IMG/VR virus record: IMGVR_UViG_3300024988_000206
Location: 1-24,262 of that record
Reading direction: 5' to 3' (one strand)
DNA length: 24,262 nucleotides
DNA from: a virus
Taxonomy: Duplodnaviria > Caudoviricetes
Shown: one piece after another, positions 15,004-24,262 of the stretch
How positions within the stretch are numbered: the stretch's first letter is position 1
Layout of the letters: each line of letters starts with the position of its first letter
Program-made: the position numbers and the translations under genes
Notes under the pieces: generated by a model
Database searches by the model: none
Seen by the model: the letters and a program-made list of their open reading frames with translations, nothing else
What the model was told of the DNA's origin: nothing

Positions 15004-15456
15004 TTACCCCACTCGATACCAAGTACCTGATAATTTGTCGTATTGAATTTTAAAGAATGCTGTAGCTGAGATGGCGTTAGGAGCACCAATCACAGCAGCA
15101 CCATTGCCATCTACAGTTAAATTGGTAATTTGCTGTGAACAAGAAAATGAAACTGTTTGCTTATCCAACACCTCAGCAGCATCAGGTAATACCACTGTTC
15201 CATTTGCAATTCCTGTAGTTGGATTGAGCAACAAATAAGTGCCTTCAGGATGGTTCTCCACATACATTGTGAAGTCGCCATTAGGGTTGTAATGCTGAAC
15301 TACAGGCGTTTTAAACTCAGGAATTGGAATATCTTTGAGAATCTCATCTTTTAGAACATCAATTGGTACTGCTCTAAAGTCTGTACAGTTGCCACGATAA
15401 ATTACAACTTGATCGCCCAAGATTAAGGAATCAACAGTATTAAGTCGTTTACTCAT
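15004..15456 (-). CDS. Hypothetical virion protein between gp4 and gp10
   Basis: SD GGAG before MSKRLN. The beta-rich C-terminal domain ends FKIQYDKLSGTWYRVG. Confidence 0.7.
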   Translation of the reverse strand: MSKRLNTVDSLILGDQVVIYRGNCTDFRAVPIDVLKDEILKDIPIPEFKTPVVQHYNPNGDFTMYVENHPEGTYLLLNPTTGIANGTVVLPDAAEVLDKQTVSFSCSQQITNLTVDGNGAAVIGAPNAISATAFFKIQYDKLSGTWYRVG

Positions 15457-15931
15457 TAAAGAACTCCACATCTTGTGCTGGGGTTAAAACATTGTTGTCT
15501 TGCTTGTTGATGATGAACTTGTCACACCAGTTTTTGTGCCCTGCACCGCTTGGCAATGTGCAACTGTATTTCATCTGTGGTGGCATTTTGACTGTCATCC
15601 CCTTAAGTTTCTTTAGGGATAAATCAGCTTGTGCTTGAAGAACTGGTGTGATTGCTTTCCCATAGTCACCAGCAATTGAAACTGCAAAGTTCAGATATAA
15701 AGCTCGAATGGCATAATCAGGCACATTGGTTTCTTGATCCAGATCACTACTGTTTGCTTCACTTGGCAATGGATAGCCAATCTGAATATTGTCAGTCGTC
15801 CATTCAGCCACCATTGTGTCCATTTCGCGTCGTATGTCTTCTAATTGCTCAGGCTGCATGTCGTAGAACATCGCAGCAAGTCCAAGCTTAGATAAAGCCT
15901 TTTCAGCAATTTGCCGCTTAGTCCATGACAT
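15449..15931 (-). CDS. Head-to-tail adaptor, P22 gp4-like
   Basis: TKRQIAEKALSKLG, MDTMVAEW...IGY and PSGAG motifs of the gp4 family. 160 aa. Confidence 0.85.
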   Translation of the reverse strand: MSWTKRQIAEKALSKLGLAAMFYDMQPEQLEDIRREMDTMVAEWTTDNIQIGYPLPSEANSSDLDQETNVPDYAIRALYLNFAVSIAGDYGKAITPVLQAQADLSLKKLKGMTVKMPPQMKYSCTLPSGAGHKNWCDKFIINKQDNNVLTPAQDVEFFNE

Positions 15932-15934
15932 GGC

Positions 15935-16372
15935 TTATTCCTCTTCAGGGTATTCAGCATCAAATACGAGCTTCACGAGCACATCTTTGCTATCACGTGC
16001 GCCATACTTCACTTGTTTTTCTTCGAGGATATTGCGAAGTTCATCAGCATCTAGTTTGCATAGTTCTAATTGGCGAATTTGTTTGCGTAACTGGTTGTTT
16101 TCAGCAATGTATGATTCTTTTAGATCAAGGATTTCTTCATCTTTAGATTCAATTGTCTTGAGTGCATCAAGAAGCTCTTGTTTGACCTTTGCTAAATCAC
16201 CACCTGAGCCACTTGCCTTACCAATTACAATGATTTCAGGTTCTTTTAGCTCTGAGTAATTGACATAGCCTTGTTCACGCAAATGTTGTTCGTGCTCTTC
16301 ACCATCCGCAATGACATGTTCATAGATTTTGGAATCACCGCGGTACAACGCTTTAGGATATTCATCTGACAT
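15935..16372 (-). CDS. Post-capsid protein with coiled coil and C-terminal HeH/LEM-like domain
   Basis: SD GGAGG before MSDEYPKALY. The C-terminal LDADELRNILEEKQVKY....KDVLVKL fits the HeH/LEM pattern. Confidence 0.7.
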   Translation of the reverse strand: MSDEYPKALYRGDSKIYEHVIADGEEHEQHLREQGYVNYSELKEPEIIVIGKASGSGGDLAKVKQELLDALKTIESKDEEILDLKESYIAENNQLRKQIRQLELCKLDADELRNILEEKQVKYGARDSKDVLVKLVFDAEYPEEE

Positions 16373-16382
16373 TTCAGCCTCC

Positions 16383-16422
16383 AAAAATGACGACGCCCGC
16401 AATAAGCGGGCATTTGTCGTCA
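16383..16422 (-). terminator. Terminator after major capsid gene
   Basis: TGACGAC-aaat-GCCCGC-TTATT-GCGGGC-GTCGTCA-TTTTT, an extended bulged stem. Confidence 0.75.
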
Positions 16423-16438
16423 CTAGGTCTAGGTTAGA

Positions 16439-17701
16439 TTAGGTTTGGTTGAACAACTCAATACCGCACATTTCAGGGTTAGTCATAACCACACCAAACC
16501 ATGTATCCAAACGGAATTTGGTCTTCATGGTGTTAATGTCGTATTGCTTTTGGAACACAATCTCGATGCCGCTTGAAGTTGTGTATGTCATCACCGCTGC
16601 ACCCGCATCACGTGGCACAGCAGCAACAGCAGGAATCAACTCAATTGCATCTTTATGCCAGAATGGATTCGCATAAGCAGTTTTGATGTTGATCACATTA
16701 ACTACAGCACCATTGGCAGGCGTAGCTGATACGTTTTGATATTGCTTCTCAGCTTCACTTCCACCTTGACCAGAAATGATTGGAGGAGAAATAACAAGTG
16801 ATGTAGCACTGTTCACAGAAATAACACGGAAGGTTTTAAGCTGACCGGTTGCTTCCTTATTGATGTGGTGTACTGATTCAACACCAGTAATTGTGAAACA
16901 GTCACCTGCTTTCAACGCGTCTGTTGTGTTGGCCACAGTGATTGTTTGATAACGGTTATCCACGTTACCAACTTCCCCGGTAGAGGCTGTTGAGGTTGCT
17001 TTGGGAACATAATATTGGTTAGCGGCACCAATCGTTACGCCTGTTGCTGTTGCAGCAGTTAAACGAGGCACATAATCTGCTTTGAAAGTATCAAAACCTG
17101 CTACCTCACCAACGAAGCTACGAGTATAAGCGTCGTTAGACTTGTTGCCAGTGAATGAGCGAGTTGATTTCGCTAAATCACCTGCCAAACCGTTGTAATC
17201 ACGTGCCGACAAAATGAATTTACGGTTTTCGCTGTTAATGCCCTGCTCAGTTAAAGCAGCATCAGCAAGAGCAATGTCATCATAAGATGTTGCAGCATTT
17301 GGCCGAGCAACTACTACGGTGCCCTGCATTGCAGCAGTACGAGCAACAGCAGTGTTAATGTCAGAACCAAGCTTTTGTCGAGCCGCTTCACCTAGGCGTT
17401 GTTGCTGTAAAGCATCACGCAGTTCTGAAGCATCAAGCAAGAATGGACTAGACTTTTTAAACCCGATTGTCGATGGAACTGACAACTGTGTTTTGTCCTT
17501 AAAGTTTGAAGTCTGATCCATACCATCATACGAAGTGGCAATATAAGGAGCTGGACGCCAAATCGTGTCATTTGTACGCGCTGCATCTGCACCATTGATG
17601 GTGTACTTCGATACGTTGCGTGCCATTACTTCTGAGTCTTCGAAACCTTCACAGAGTTGTTCCCATGCAACGATTTCTTCTTTGCTAAATGCATTAGCCA
17701 T
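16439..17701 (-). CDS. Major capsid protein, P22 gp5 coat family
   Basis: 420 aa with DTIWRP, LKAGDCFTITGV.SVHHI.K..TGQLKTF.V and RLDTWFG...NPEMCG motifs. Confidence 0.93.
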   Translation of the reverse strand: MANAFSKEEIVAWEQLCEGFEDSEVMARNVSKYTINGADAARTNDTIWRPAPYIATSYDGMDQTSNFKDKTQLSVPSTIGFKKSSPFLLDASELRDALQQQRLGEAARQKLGSDINTAVARTAAMQGTVVVARPNAATSYDDIALADAALTEQGINSENRKFILSARDYNGLAGDLAKSTRSFTGNKSNDAYTRSFVGEVAGFDTFKADYVPRLTAATATGVTIGAANQYYVPKATSTASTGEVGNVDNRYQTITVANTTDALKAGDCFTITGVESVHHINKEATGQLKTFRVISVNSATSLVISPPIISGQGGSEAEKQYQNVSATPANGAVVNVINIKTAYANPFWHKDAIELIPAVAAVPRDAGAAVMTYTTSSGIEIVFQKQYDINTMKTKFRLDTWFGVVMTNPEMCGIELFNQT

Positions 17702-17717
17702 ACTTTATTTCTCCAAA

Positions 17718-18581
17718 TTATTCTTTCTGGCGCTTTTGCTGCTTGTATTTGATAACAGGAGTGTAATCTCCCGTCTTAGCTGCAGTGGCGCGTAACTTTT
17801 CTAGAGTCGAGTCAGTTGTTCCGCTCAGTGAGCCTGAACCTGTGACCTTTCGCTCAGGTGATGTTTGTGGTTTTCGTGTCTGAACTTTTAACTGGTGATC
17901 TAGCGACCCTGCTTCAAAAGCAAACTGAATTGGGTCTGTGATACTTGCAAGCTTCCTTGCTTTCTCTGGATTAGTACCCAAGTGATAGATGAGCAATTCA
18001 GGTTGTTTAGCTCCCATTACAATCATGTTTTGTTGAAGCTCATTTAAAGTGCCTCTCGCAACTTCTTCAGCTTCATCGTAATCACGTACTTTGTGTTTGG
18101 TTTTGAGCTCTGCCTTCTTGGCTTCATAATTACTGACACGGTCTTGCCAGTTCTTATTTGCCTTTTCCTGCTCTGCTTTCTTAGCTTGCTCTTGCTGATC
18201 GTATTGAGCCTTTTTGCTATACCATTCATCAAGTTGTCGCTCTAGCTCATCTGTGTCATAACCAACAGTTTCTATAGTAGGCTTCTCACCTAATTCGATT
18301 TCTTGTGGTTTGGTTTGACTTGCAAGTTGTGCTTCAAGTTCGCGGATCCGCTTCTTATTAGCTCGATTTTCTTCACGGGTTTCCTTCACCCACTTAGGTG
18401 CTGGCTGTCCATGAAATTCATCTTCTTGCTGTTGTGGCTCTTCACCATCAATTCCAATGAAGAACTCTTCTGATTCAGTTTGCTCAGTGTCAGCCTGTTC
18501 ATCATCTCGATGTTCTTCCTGCTCTTGAGTTTCTGCTTCCTGTTCTTCAGTTTCGAATTGGTCTTGCTCTTGTTCAGACAT
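17718..18581 (-). CDS. Capsid scaffolding protein
   Basis: Acidic N-terminus, long coiled coil and a C-terminal basic helix (AAKTGDY...YKQQK). Lies between portal and coat. SD GAGGGAG before MSEQE. Confidence 0.88.
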   Translation of the reverse strand: MSEQEQDQFETEEQEAETQEQEEHRDDEQADTEQTESEEFFIGIDGEEPQQQEDEFHGQPAPKWVKETREENRANKKRIRELEAQLASQTKPQEIELGEKPTIETVGYDTDELERQLDEWYSKKAQYDQQEQAKKAEQEKANKNWQDRVSNYEAKKAELKTKHKVRDYDEAEEVARGTLNELQQNMIVMGAKQPELLIYHLGTNPEKARKLASITDPIQFAFEAGSLDHQLKVQTRKPQTSPERKVTGSGSLSGTTDSTLEKLRATAAKTGDYTPVIKYKQQKRQKE

Positions 18582-20640
18582 TTGTAACTCCCTCACTCAT
18601 AGGCTGAGCGGCCGCCATGTTTTGTTGTGTTGCTTGGTTAATCTGCTGAATCATGCCAAGAATAGCTTCTTGATCATCTCGATCTGTCTTAGCTAATGTT
18701 GCTGCTGTTTCAGCTCTGGTTTTTTCTGCCTCTACAATCACCTTGATAGTGTCTGCTTTGGCTTTTTGAGCTTTGGCAGAAGCTTCTTCTGCTGCGGCTT
18801 CTAAATATTGTGCATTTGGATCAGGTGGCTGATTCTGTGCGGCTTCCATCATTTGCTGCTGCTCTTCCTCCGTAGGCTCAACAACACCCGCTTGAACTAA
18901 ATACTTGCGGTAATAGTTGCGGAAGTCTTTAATGCCTTCGCCTTCCATATTCATGTAGATCATGGCTAGAAGGATTTTTAAGTCCTGCTGATCCGTTGTA
19001 TAAGGAAGCAGAGCTTGCATTGAACGAACAATTGCAGATTTCTTACTTGAAGAAGTTGGGCCAACATCAACACCCACATCAAAAGATGCCTTGGTTAAGT
19101 CGTTTTCATATTCAAGACCAGACTCACCAACAATAGGGCGCGACAATTCAGCACTATCAACTTCATCTTGCTTGCCGATCGTCTTCATGCGACGACCTTC
19201 TTCAACATAAAGTTCCTTAGCCATTGATAACCAAATGGTGCCGCAGCGCTTAATTGCCTTGGCGAAGTTATCTACATAGATGTAGGACTGCATGCCAAGC
19301 TGACCTTGAACAAGGTCAATTGCCTCTGCACTTACATTTGCGTTTAGCTTTTCACCTTGCTCCTGGTTACCAAGAAGCTCTTTGATGTCTGTATCAGTGA
19401 TTTGAAGCAGAGCTGCCAAAGAAGGTGGCACTTGAGGCGGCTTTGTGTATGCAGTTGGTCCTTGGGCGACCACTTGGCCTTGACCATCAGTTAAAGGATT
19501 CGCAAGTAAATATGGATAGTTTTGGACATTGTCCTCCGCCCACATATTCTCAAACCCTGCAATCTGTTCAGGAGCCATAATCGGCTTTTCAATTGGAGAT
19601 AATGCTGCAATCTCACCAAGTCGGCTCAATTGCATGTTCTTGAGTCGCTGAGCATCTTTACAGAGGCGGACATGGCCCATGCAGCGCTCTACATTGTCAA
19701 TAAACCAACGTTTCCCATAGACAGGAACAATTGGAATGTGTCGCCCTGCCACATAGCCACAATCATCAAGAATCTTTGAACCGCTCATGATGTACTTATG
19801 AACTTTGCATCGCTCATTTGTCTTGACGCGAAGTTCGTTAGCACCTGTTGCATCAAGTTTTTCACGGATAGAAGGATCTTTTTCAAGCTCTTCTTCTGTG
19901 TGTCGCTCTTCAGTGCCATCAATCAATTGGAAGATGTGTATCTTCTCTTTGACTTTCTCAACAACGTAGTATTCAGCAACATAAACAATGTCAGGAGTAC
20001 ACCAGTCAAACTCATCATTGCGAATGTCTTTGTCCCAAGATGCAGGGTCATCGTCGTATTCTTCTTTGTATCGGTCAGGTGTCATCGACGACAATACAAA
20101 ACAAAACTTGGCATCTGCCTTGTCTTGACGCTTGGCATCTAAATCAAAGAAAACACATGAGTCGGCATCAAAGATAGGTTCGATTCGGATGCGTTGACGC
20201 TCGTTTTCCTCGTCTTCTTCATCTTCCTCACAAGCACGTAATCTGAAAGCACCAAATCCACCACCAACTGCTTCCTCGAAAGCATTGTCATAAGCTTCCT
20301 CTGCACCAGAATCCTGCTCATCAGCACGATATAATCCGTCACAGGTATCAGCTAAATCATCGTTCTTAGAACCATCTTTAGAGACAAAATCTACAGTGAT
20401 GCGGTTGTTGCGGTACTCGTTAATAATGCGAATGACAGCCAAGTGGATTTTGTTGACTTCAAATTTTGGTTTGTTTGCGAACTGCTCACCCAATTGGCCT
20501 TCCCATTGGGCGCCAGCAATCGAATAGAAACGACGATCCTCTAAACACTGTTGACGTTCATCTCTAACAGTACTTTGAATAGTGTCGAATTGCTTTTTTG
20601 CACGGGCGTGAAGAATCGCAAGTTGTTGTTCTTTAGCCAC
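18574..20640 (-). CDS. Portal protein, P22 gp1-like
   Basis: 688 aa with a GTG start and SD GAGG. GAQW, IPIVPVYGKR..D..E...GHVR..KDAQRL.N and DVGP motifs, plus a long C-terminal helical barrel. Confidence 0.93.
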   Translation of the reverse strand: MAKEQQLAILHARAKKQFDTIQSTVRDERQQCLEDRRFYSIAGAQWEGQLGEQFANKPKFEVNKIHLAVIRIINEYRNNRITVDFVSKDGSKNDDLADTCDGLYRADEQDSGAEEAYDNAFEEAVGGGFGAFRLRACEEDEEDEENERQRIRIEPIFDADSCVFFDLDAKRQDKADAKFCFVLSSMTPDRYKEEYDDDPASWDKDIRNDEFDWCTPDIVYVAEYYVVEKVKEKIHIFQLIDGTEERHTEEELEKDPSIREKLDATGANELRVKTNERCKVHKYIMSGSKILDDCGYVAGRHIPIVPVYGKRWFIDNVERCMGHVRLCKDAQRLKNMQLSRLGEIAALSPIEKPIMAPEQIAGFENMWAEDNVQNYPYLLANPLTDGQGQVVAQGPTAYTKPPQVPPSLAALLQITDTDIKELLGNQEQGEKLNANVSAEAIDLVQGQLGMQSYIYVDNFAKAIKRCGTIWLSMAKELYVEEGRRMKTIGKQDEVDSAELSRPIVGESGLEYENDLTKASFDVGVDVGPTSSSKKSAIVRSMQALLPYTTDQQDLKILLAMIYMNMEGEGIKDFRNYYRKYLVQAGVVEPTEEEQQQMMEAAQNQPPDPNAQYLEAAAEEASAKAQKAKADTIKVIVEAEKTRAETAATLAKTDRDDQEAILGMIQQINQATQQNMAAAQPMSEGVTNV

Positions 20641-20665
20641 AACTTGACCTCACTTAATTGAATTT

Positions 20666-22204
20666 TTACCAGCGATGTGCTGTAGGGATTACTTGTACTT
20701 TTGGTGGTTTTCTAATTACGCCGATTTGTTCTCTGACTTGAGCAAACTGACGGAAAGCATCTGCTGATTCTGAGTTTCCATCAGACTTCACTGGCTCACT
20801 TGTGTAAGCTTGAGCATGTGCATTAAATTTCCTTGTGTAGTTCTCCAGGTGTCTTAACCCTTCTTTGCAGCGGTCAACATCAAACCAGACATCGTTCATC
20901 AATGCATCGCGTGTTTTGTTGATACCATGGAGTAATTCTGAAACACGAGGAACAATTTCAACATCAGTTAGCCCAAGATTCTTAAGCATTTGTTGTGGTG
21001 ATAGGTTTTGACTTTCGCCTTGACGCGCATGTGCTCCATCATGTGGCAAATAGTGCTTACCCCATAAATATCCTTTGGCTTGCATAATCTTTACAAAGTA
21101 TTCGTATGGTTCACCCCAACCCTCTTCAAAGTCGATGAATAGATCTTGCATTCCAACTCGTTGATGGAACCAAATAGCTGTTCCATCTGAGTTACCGATA
21201 TCCCAAAAAGTATTTACAGGAACATCTGTTCGAATTGGTAGAGAGCAAATTCGCTGCTCTTTACGAACTTTGATAAATTGCTCTGTGTACCAGCATCCCT
21301 CTTTAGACTTCTTAAATGCCTCTTCAGGCGTGGACGGGTATTCCTGCCACATTAGTTCGGAAGAACCCTGAAAGTCGTTATCACGAGTCGCTATGTACCA
21401 ATTACGCTGTGATGTACCAATAGAATCGCCACTTTCCTGCTCGATTCTGTCAAAGTACTCATGCTCTTTAGCTGTAATGTGTATGTTTGCATCAAGGGAA
21501 TATTCACTAGCGCCCTGCCATGGGTAAAAGTGAAATCTAAAGTCTTTCTTACTTAACTCAGTTCCTGATGCCTTCTTATTACGTGCTGTTTCGCACATAT
21601 TGAAGAATGCACCTTCATCACCCTCTGCTGTGGATTCAATTACCACAATTCCATTAGTTGAAACTGCGGGAATAGAGCCTGTTAAAACTTCCTTTGCTTT
21701 GTCTGGATACTTTGCGCAAATCTTTCCAAACTCTGAGACATGCAAATATTGCAATGTGCCCGAACGCATAGATGTTCCAACAGTGATAGAGCTGTTGTTA
21801 TGGGCAAAAAGTAATTCGCTCGCACTGTCTCGTGCTAAAGGAAATTTAGATTTAATTTCTAAGGGTAGATTGTCATAAGCAAACTTGACCTTATCTCGGA
21901 AAAGCTTGTCAGCTGCATACTTATCTTGTGCAATCATCCCAGCACGTGTATCACCCTTACCAAATAAACAGCAATCCAGATAATAGATTGCAATCATAGT
22001 GGTAAAGCCAAGCTGTCGAGCTTTTAGGATGATGTTGCGGTACCAAAGATTTTCTATGAAATTGATTTGATGTTCATTAGGAATGAAGGGAGCTTTCAAG
22101 CCCTCTGTTTCATCATCACCTTTAATAAGGATTTGATATAAAAAACCACTTGTAAGACGCCACCATGGATCAGACAAGTTTTTTTCTAGCTCGTCCGATG
22201 TCAT
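20666..22204 (-). CDS. Terminase large subunit
   Basis: Walker A-like ILKARQLGFTT, Walker B LHVSE, coupling motif IESTA, and nuclease motifs WDIG.SD and ADAFR. Confidence 0.93.
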   Translation of the reverse strand: MTSDELEKNLSDPWWRLTSGFLYQILIKGDDETEGLKAPFIPNEHQINFIENLWYRNIILKARQLGFTTMIAIYYLDCCLFGKGDTRAGMIAQDKYAADKLFRDKVKFAYDNLPLEIKSKFPLARDSASELLFAHNNSSITVGTSMRSGTLQYLHVSEFGKICAKYPDKAKEVLTGSIPAVSTNGIVVIESTAEGDEGAFFNMCETARNKKASGTELSKKDFRFHFYPWQGASEYSLDANIHITAKEHEYFDRIEQESGDSIGTSQRNWYIATRDNDFQGSSELMWQEYPSTPEEAFKKSKEGCWYTEQFIKVRKEQRICSLPIRTDVPVNTFWDIGNSDGTAIWFHQRVGMQDLFIDFEEGWGEPYEYFVKIMQAKGYLWGKHYLPHDGAHARQGESQNLSPQQMLKNLGLTDVEIVPRVSELLHGINKTRDALMNDVWFDVDRCKEGLRHLENYTRKFNAHAQAYTSEPVKSDGNSESADAFRQFAQVREQIGVIRKPPKVQVIPTAHRW

Positions 22205-22208
22205 AGTT

Positions 22209-22766
22209 TTATCCTTTTGGTTTTAAGGTATTTCCACTTGCACGCTCTAATAATTCTTTAAGCGGGTCAGAAACATCATGCTCAATTTTTTCTTTAAATG
22301 CCCCAACGGCAACATGCTTACCAAGAAGCTCCAAATTTTTTACCTTATCAGGCCATTTGATCTTTTTGAGCCAACCAGTTTGTGATTTGTCTTCGCCATA
22401 GCCTTCAAACTCTTCTGTATTTTCAATGTTTGAGACATATTGACGCCAAATCTTTGGCCAATCACCAATAGGCTTGAGACAATAGTTATCATCCATGATG
22501 TCTAAGACATCCATTTGATCGATTTCTACAAGTCGTTTGAGCACATAATCCGCATCTACATCAACCCGGTTCAATCGTTGAGTATTCAAATAAGCAATGC
22601 GCTCTTGGACTTCATCACGCTGCAGCACGTCCCAGGCATTCTGACGATTCTTGTAGCCTGTTGCTTTACCAGCCTCTTGAGCACTTAGTGTCTTTAAAAA
22701 TTCATGGCAGAACTCTTCATGACGTAGATTCTTTAAAGGTTCTGCGCCTTTGATTTGTTCTTGCAT
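22209..22766 (-). CDS. Terminase small subunit
   Basis: N-terminal HTH (EEFCHEFLK...A..A...GY), DADYVLKRL.EI and KIKWPDKVKNLELLGKH. Confidence 0.9.
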   Translation of the reverse strand: MQEQIKGAEPLKNLRHEEFCHEFLKTLSAQEAGKATGYKNRQNAWDVLQRDEVQERIAYLNTQRLNRVDVDADYVLKRLVEIDQMDVLDIMDDNYCLKPIGDWPKIWRQYVSNIENTEEFEGYGEDKSQTGWLKKIKWPDKVKNLELLGKHVAVGAFKEKIEHDVSDPLKELLERASGNTLKPKG

Positions 22767-22773
22767 AGTAGAC

Positions 22774-23073
22774 CTACAATTTATTAATCAATTCTTCTGC
22801 TTTTGCTTCAACAGCACTTCTAAAGTCATTAAAGCCTTCACAAAGATGTGATGATGCAAATGCTCCTAATACTTGCAGTTTTTGAATAACTTCAAATGAA
22901 TTGTTCATCGAGACAATTGGACCTTGCTGTAAGAATGCTTTTTCTAATTCAAAACTTTGTTCTAGCCTTGAGATCATTTCAGCACTTTGTGATCGATTAT
23001 TTTTGTCAGCTTGATCTTCGATTAATTTTTTTAGTTCTGGCGGAACTCGTAATCTAGCGTTTGTGTTTTCCAT
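22774..23073 (-). CDS. Arc-family ribbon-helix-helix DNA-binding protein
   Basis: RLRVPPELKKLIEDQADKNNRSQSAEMISRLEQSF. SD GGAG before MENTN. Confidence 0.85.
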   Translation of the reverse strand: MENTNARLRVPPELKKLIEDQADKNNRSQSAEMISRLEQSFELEKAFLQQGPIVSMNNSFEVIQKLQVLGAFASSHLCEGFNDFRSAVEAKAEELINKL

Positions 23074-23074
23074 T

Positions 23075-23563
23075 CTATCTCTCCAATGCAAACATCAAAT
23101 CATCAGGCGTTTCTAAGTAACACCCTTGTTTTAAGCAAAATGCATGTATGTCGTTTAAGTATTCAGTGAATTGCGCAATTGATGCGTCAGTAGTACTAAT
23201 CAGTTCATTCAATCCATCAGCGACTTGCTGATACATTGAGTGCTGCTCTTTCTTTAATGCCCGTACAGCGGCAAAGGTTGATCTGTATTGACCCACATCA
23301 TCACGATCATAGATTCGTGCCAGAAACTTCTTTTTGAAGTAGAGATGCTCTGAATCTTTGTCAGTGCCTTGATTCTTTGACCATTGCCCCATCCAAAGCC
23401 AATACAATCGGTTTTGAGCTTTTGATCGATCTTTCTCAAAAGGTTTGATCGTCACTACAAGTGGTTTACCTTCTACAGCTGCCTTGGCATGATTCAGATT
23501 AAGGTAGTTAATTACTTTGGCTATCTCTGTATGGTTAGGTATTGGAAACACTGCTTGATTCAT
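23075..23563 (-). CDS. NinB-like recombination protein
   Basis: KPLVVTIKP....RSKAQNRLYW.W and ST.......F.EYL..I.AF motifs. Confidence 0.75.
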   Translation of the reverse strand: MNQAVFPIPNHTEIAKVINYLNLNHAKAAVEGKPLVVTIKPFEKDRSKAQNRLYWLWMGQWSKNQGTDKDSEHLYFKKKFLARIYDRDDVGQYRSTFAAVRALKKEQHSMYQQVADGLNELISTTDASIAQFTEYLNDIHAFCLKQGCYLETPDDLMFALER

Positions 23564-23575
23564 ACCCACCACCTA

Positions 23576-23830
23576 CTAATCTATTTCAAACTCAACCAAC
23601 TTTGGCTGCTTAAACTCACCCTTGATCAACAATGGAAACATTGGCTCATAGTCTGGATTCTGATGTATGCGTAAATTGAAATACAAATTGATTAAGCTCT
23701 CACTTATATCCATAAGCCAACCTAACTTAAAACGCGGCTCAACATGTGGGGCGCCACTCTCTAAATCAGCAAACATTACAGGGCAAATGCCAAAATAACC
23801 GTAATGAGTAAATTCGATTGTTTGTTTCAT
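23576..23830 (-). CDS. Hypothetical phage protein
   Basis: 84-aa ORF tightly packed between neighbours, with stop/start overlap at 23830. Confidence 0.6.
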   Translation of the reverse strand: MKQTIEFTHYGYFGICPVMFADLESGAPHVEPRFKLGWLMDISESLINLYFNLRIHQNPDYEPMFPLLIKGEFKQPKLVEFEID

Positions 23831-24108
23831 TAGAAAACCTCTTTATTGTTATTTAAATTCAACATCCGCTCAGTCTTTTCTAGCATCTTTGCGAACCATT
23901 CTTTAGATTGCTCTCTAGTCAACTGAAAGTACCCATCAAACCAACGATGACAAACATGGCACAACGGAATAGTGTATTTATCATCTGCCTTTCTCGACTT
24001 TGATTTGCCATGCTCACCGAAGTTTGAGTGCGCTGCTTGTGATGGACTTGAACCACACTTAATACAAGGAAGCCTTCTTATGCTGTTTAGCCTGCTTTGC
24101 GAACGCAT
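23830..24108 (-). CDS. DUF968-like zinc-binding HNH-type nuclease domain protein
   Basis: LPCIKCG....AAH.....G...KADD..TIPLCHVCH..FD pattern. Confidence 0.75.
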   Translation of the reverse strand: MRSQSRLNSIRRLPCIKCGSSPSQAAHSNFGEHGKSKSRKADDKYTIPLCHVCHRWFDGYFQLTREQSKEWFAKMLEKTERMLNLNNNKEVF

Positions 24109-24262
24109 CTTCTAGCACCTTCATTCGATCTTTGAGCGACTTAATTTGACGTTCACATTCGGTTTTAAAAGTATGGCTGCTAAACAAATGGTTATAACTT
24201 TGCAGCTTGCTTAAATTACTTCTGTAAATTTCTAGATTCTTCTTCGCTTCGATTGTGTCCAT
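24059..24262 (-). CDS. Hypothetical phage protein
   Basis: 67-aa ORF starting at the window edge, helical with no recognisable motif. Confidence 0.55.
   Translation of the reverse strand: MDTIEAKKNLEIYRSNLSKLQSYNHLFSSHTFKTECERQIKSLKDRMKVLEDAFAKQAKQHKKASLY

Larger units (their letters stand above)
1..24262. mobile_element. Part of a P22-like (podovirus-type) temperate prophage, late/morphogenesis and lysis region, probably Acinetobacter
   Basis: Collinear terS-terL-portal-scaffold-coat-gp4-gp10-ejection-tailspike-holin-lysin order on the minus strand. No clearly chromosomal genes and no boundaries visible. Confidence 0.93.

Noticed and set aside
22209-22766. pac site within the terminase small subunit gene, as in P22
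   Set aside because: Plausible by analogy, but no recognisable sequence supports specific coordinates.
2899-23674. Many 60-140 aa antisense or alternate-frame ORFs in the track (e.g. 5519-5941, 8068-8361, 15930-16259, 19798-20142)
   Set aside because: They lie within well-supported phage genes and show shadow-ORF composition without RBS or motifs.

Overview
AT-rich (~40% GC by eye) window covering the late region of a temperate P22-like podophage, most likely an Acinetobacter prophage. The host call rests on a UmuDAb-type operator, a PlyF307-like lysin and Acinetobacter-type tailspike motifs. Read on the minus strand from the right end, it carries nin-region genes (DUF968-like, NinB-like, Arc-family regulator), terminase small and large subunits, portal, scaffold, P22-type coat, an HeH/LEM-domain protein, gp4, an extra beta-rich protein, gp10 hub, needle-region proteins, a cupin, and ejection proteins (gp7/gp20/gp16-like). 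The ejection module is interrupted by a terminator-rich moron (two small TM/coiled-coil proteins plus Rha) and a free-standing lytic transglycosylase. Two receptor-binding proteins with the same head-binding domain follow (a fibre and an SGNH-esterase tailspike), then a lectin-like protein, a P2 Y-type holin and a GH24 endolysin. A 41-codon lipoprotein ORF missing from the ORF track sits in the spanin slot and overlaps the stop codon of a convergent orphan umuC that has a UmuDAb-type box. No integrase, att site, RNA gene or CRISPR array was seen. All family assignments come from motif recognition and gene order, not database searches.
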